Under the pieces are notes generated by a model, which searched no databases, was not told the origin of the DNA, and saw nothing but the letters and a program-made list of their open reading frames with translations. A DNA stretch of 64,000 bases, taken from the NCBI GenBank assembly GCA_004431415.1, contig QPMI01000470.1:372001-436000 (forward strand). Direction: 5' to 3'. The first letter of the stretch is position 1, and each line of letters opens with the position of its first letter. Both the position numbers and the translations under genes were made by a program. The stretch is from Cyanophora paradoxa CCMP329 (lineage: Eukaryota; Plantae; Glaucophyta). Below are positions 63,733 through 64,000 of the stretch, one piece after another.

Positions 63733-64000
63733 CGTGCGTCCCGCCGCCTGGCCTGGAACTCTTAGAGAGCTTAGAGAGCTTAGAGCTTAAGCTTAAGCCA
63801 CTACGGCGTGCGTGCCGCCCCGGCGGCCGCCTAGTTAGCCATAGCTAGGCGGCCGCCTCAAACCATAGCTAGTTAGCCCCGGCGGCCGCCTAGCTATGGC
63901 CTTGAACTGCATTATTATGAGCTCGGCTACATATATAAGCTCGTCCCGTCGCCTTAATCCTCGCTCTATTCCAGGTCTATTCTATCCTCGCCGAGCTAAG

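Noticed and set aside
1-64000. rRNA, tRNA or snRNA genes; intact transposase or reverse transcriptase
   Set aside because: None was recognisable by eye. A covariance-model and HMM search would be needed to exclude them.

Overview
This is eukaryotic, GC-rich genomic DNA from an intron-dense protist or alga; the taxon cannot be fixed from sequence alone. Most introns are about 60-150 nt, with GTGCGC/GTACGC/GTCCGC or GCGCGC donors, a CTGAC-type branch point and a YAG acceptor, so most long six-frame ORFs are shadows. Splicing by hand supports about 13 genes: a repeat-containing unknown protein, a TIR-NACHT-pentapeptide-WD40 (NLR/STAND-like) receptor, two Sel1-repeat proteins (one SEL1L3-like with LamG), a coiled-coil protein, a Myb/AT-hook protein, a PKA regulatory subunit, a TIR + parallel beta-helix protein, a possible Ig-fold transcription factor, a prokaryote-type queuosine-precursor transporter (YhhQ/Vut_1) with six spliceosomal introns, a rolling-stone/AIG1-like membrane protein, a PHTF-like membrane protein and a catalytically degenerate aldo-keto reductase. 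There is also a MITE-like element and several minisatellites. The best leads are: (1) the receptor's WD40 sensor is built from interchangeable phase-0 one-repeat-per-exon cassettes with hypervariable surface positions and mosaic exchange between units; (2) sharply bounded GTAC-enriched domains in some gene bodies; (3) long introns built from tandem echoes of their own splice junctions; (4) frequent GC-AG introns. Gene coordinates are first-to-last-codon spans of hand-spliced models, and motif counts are approximate by-eye counts.
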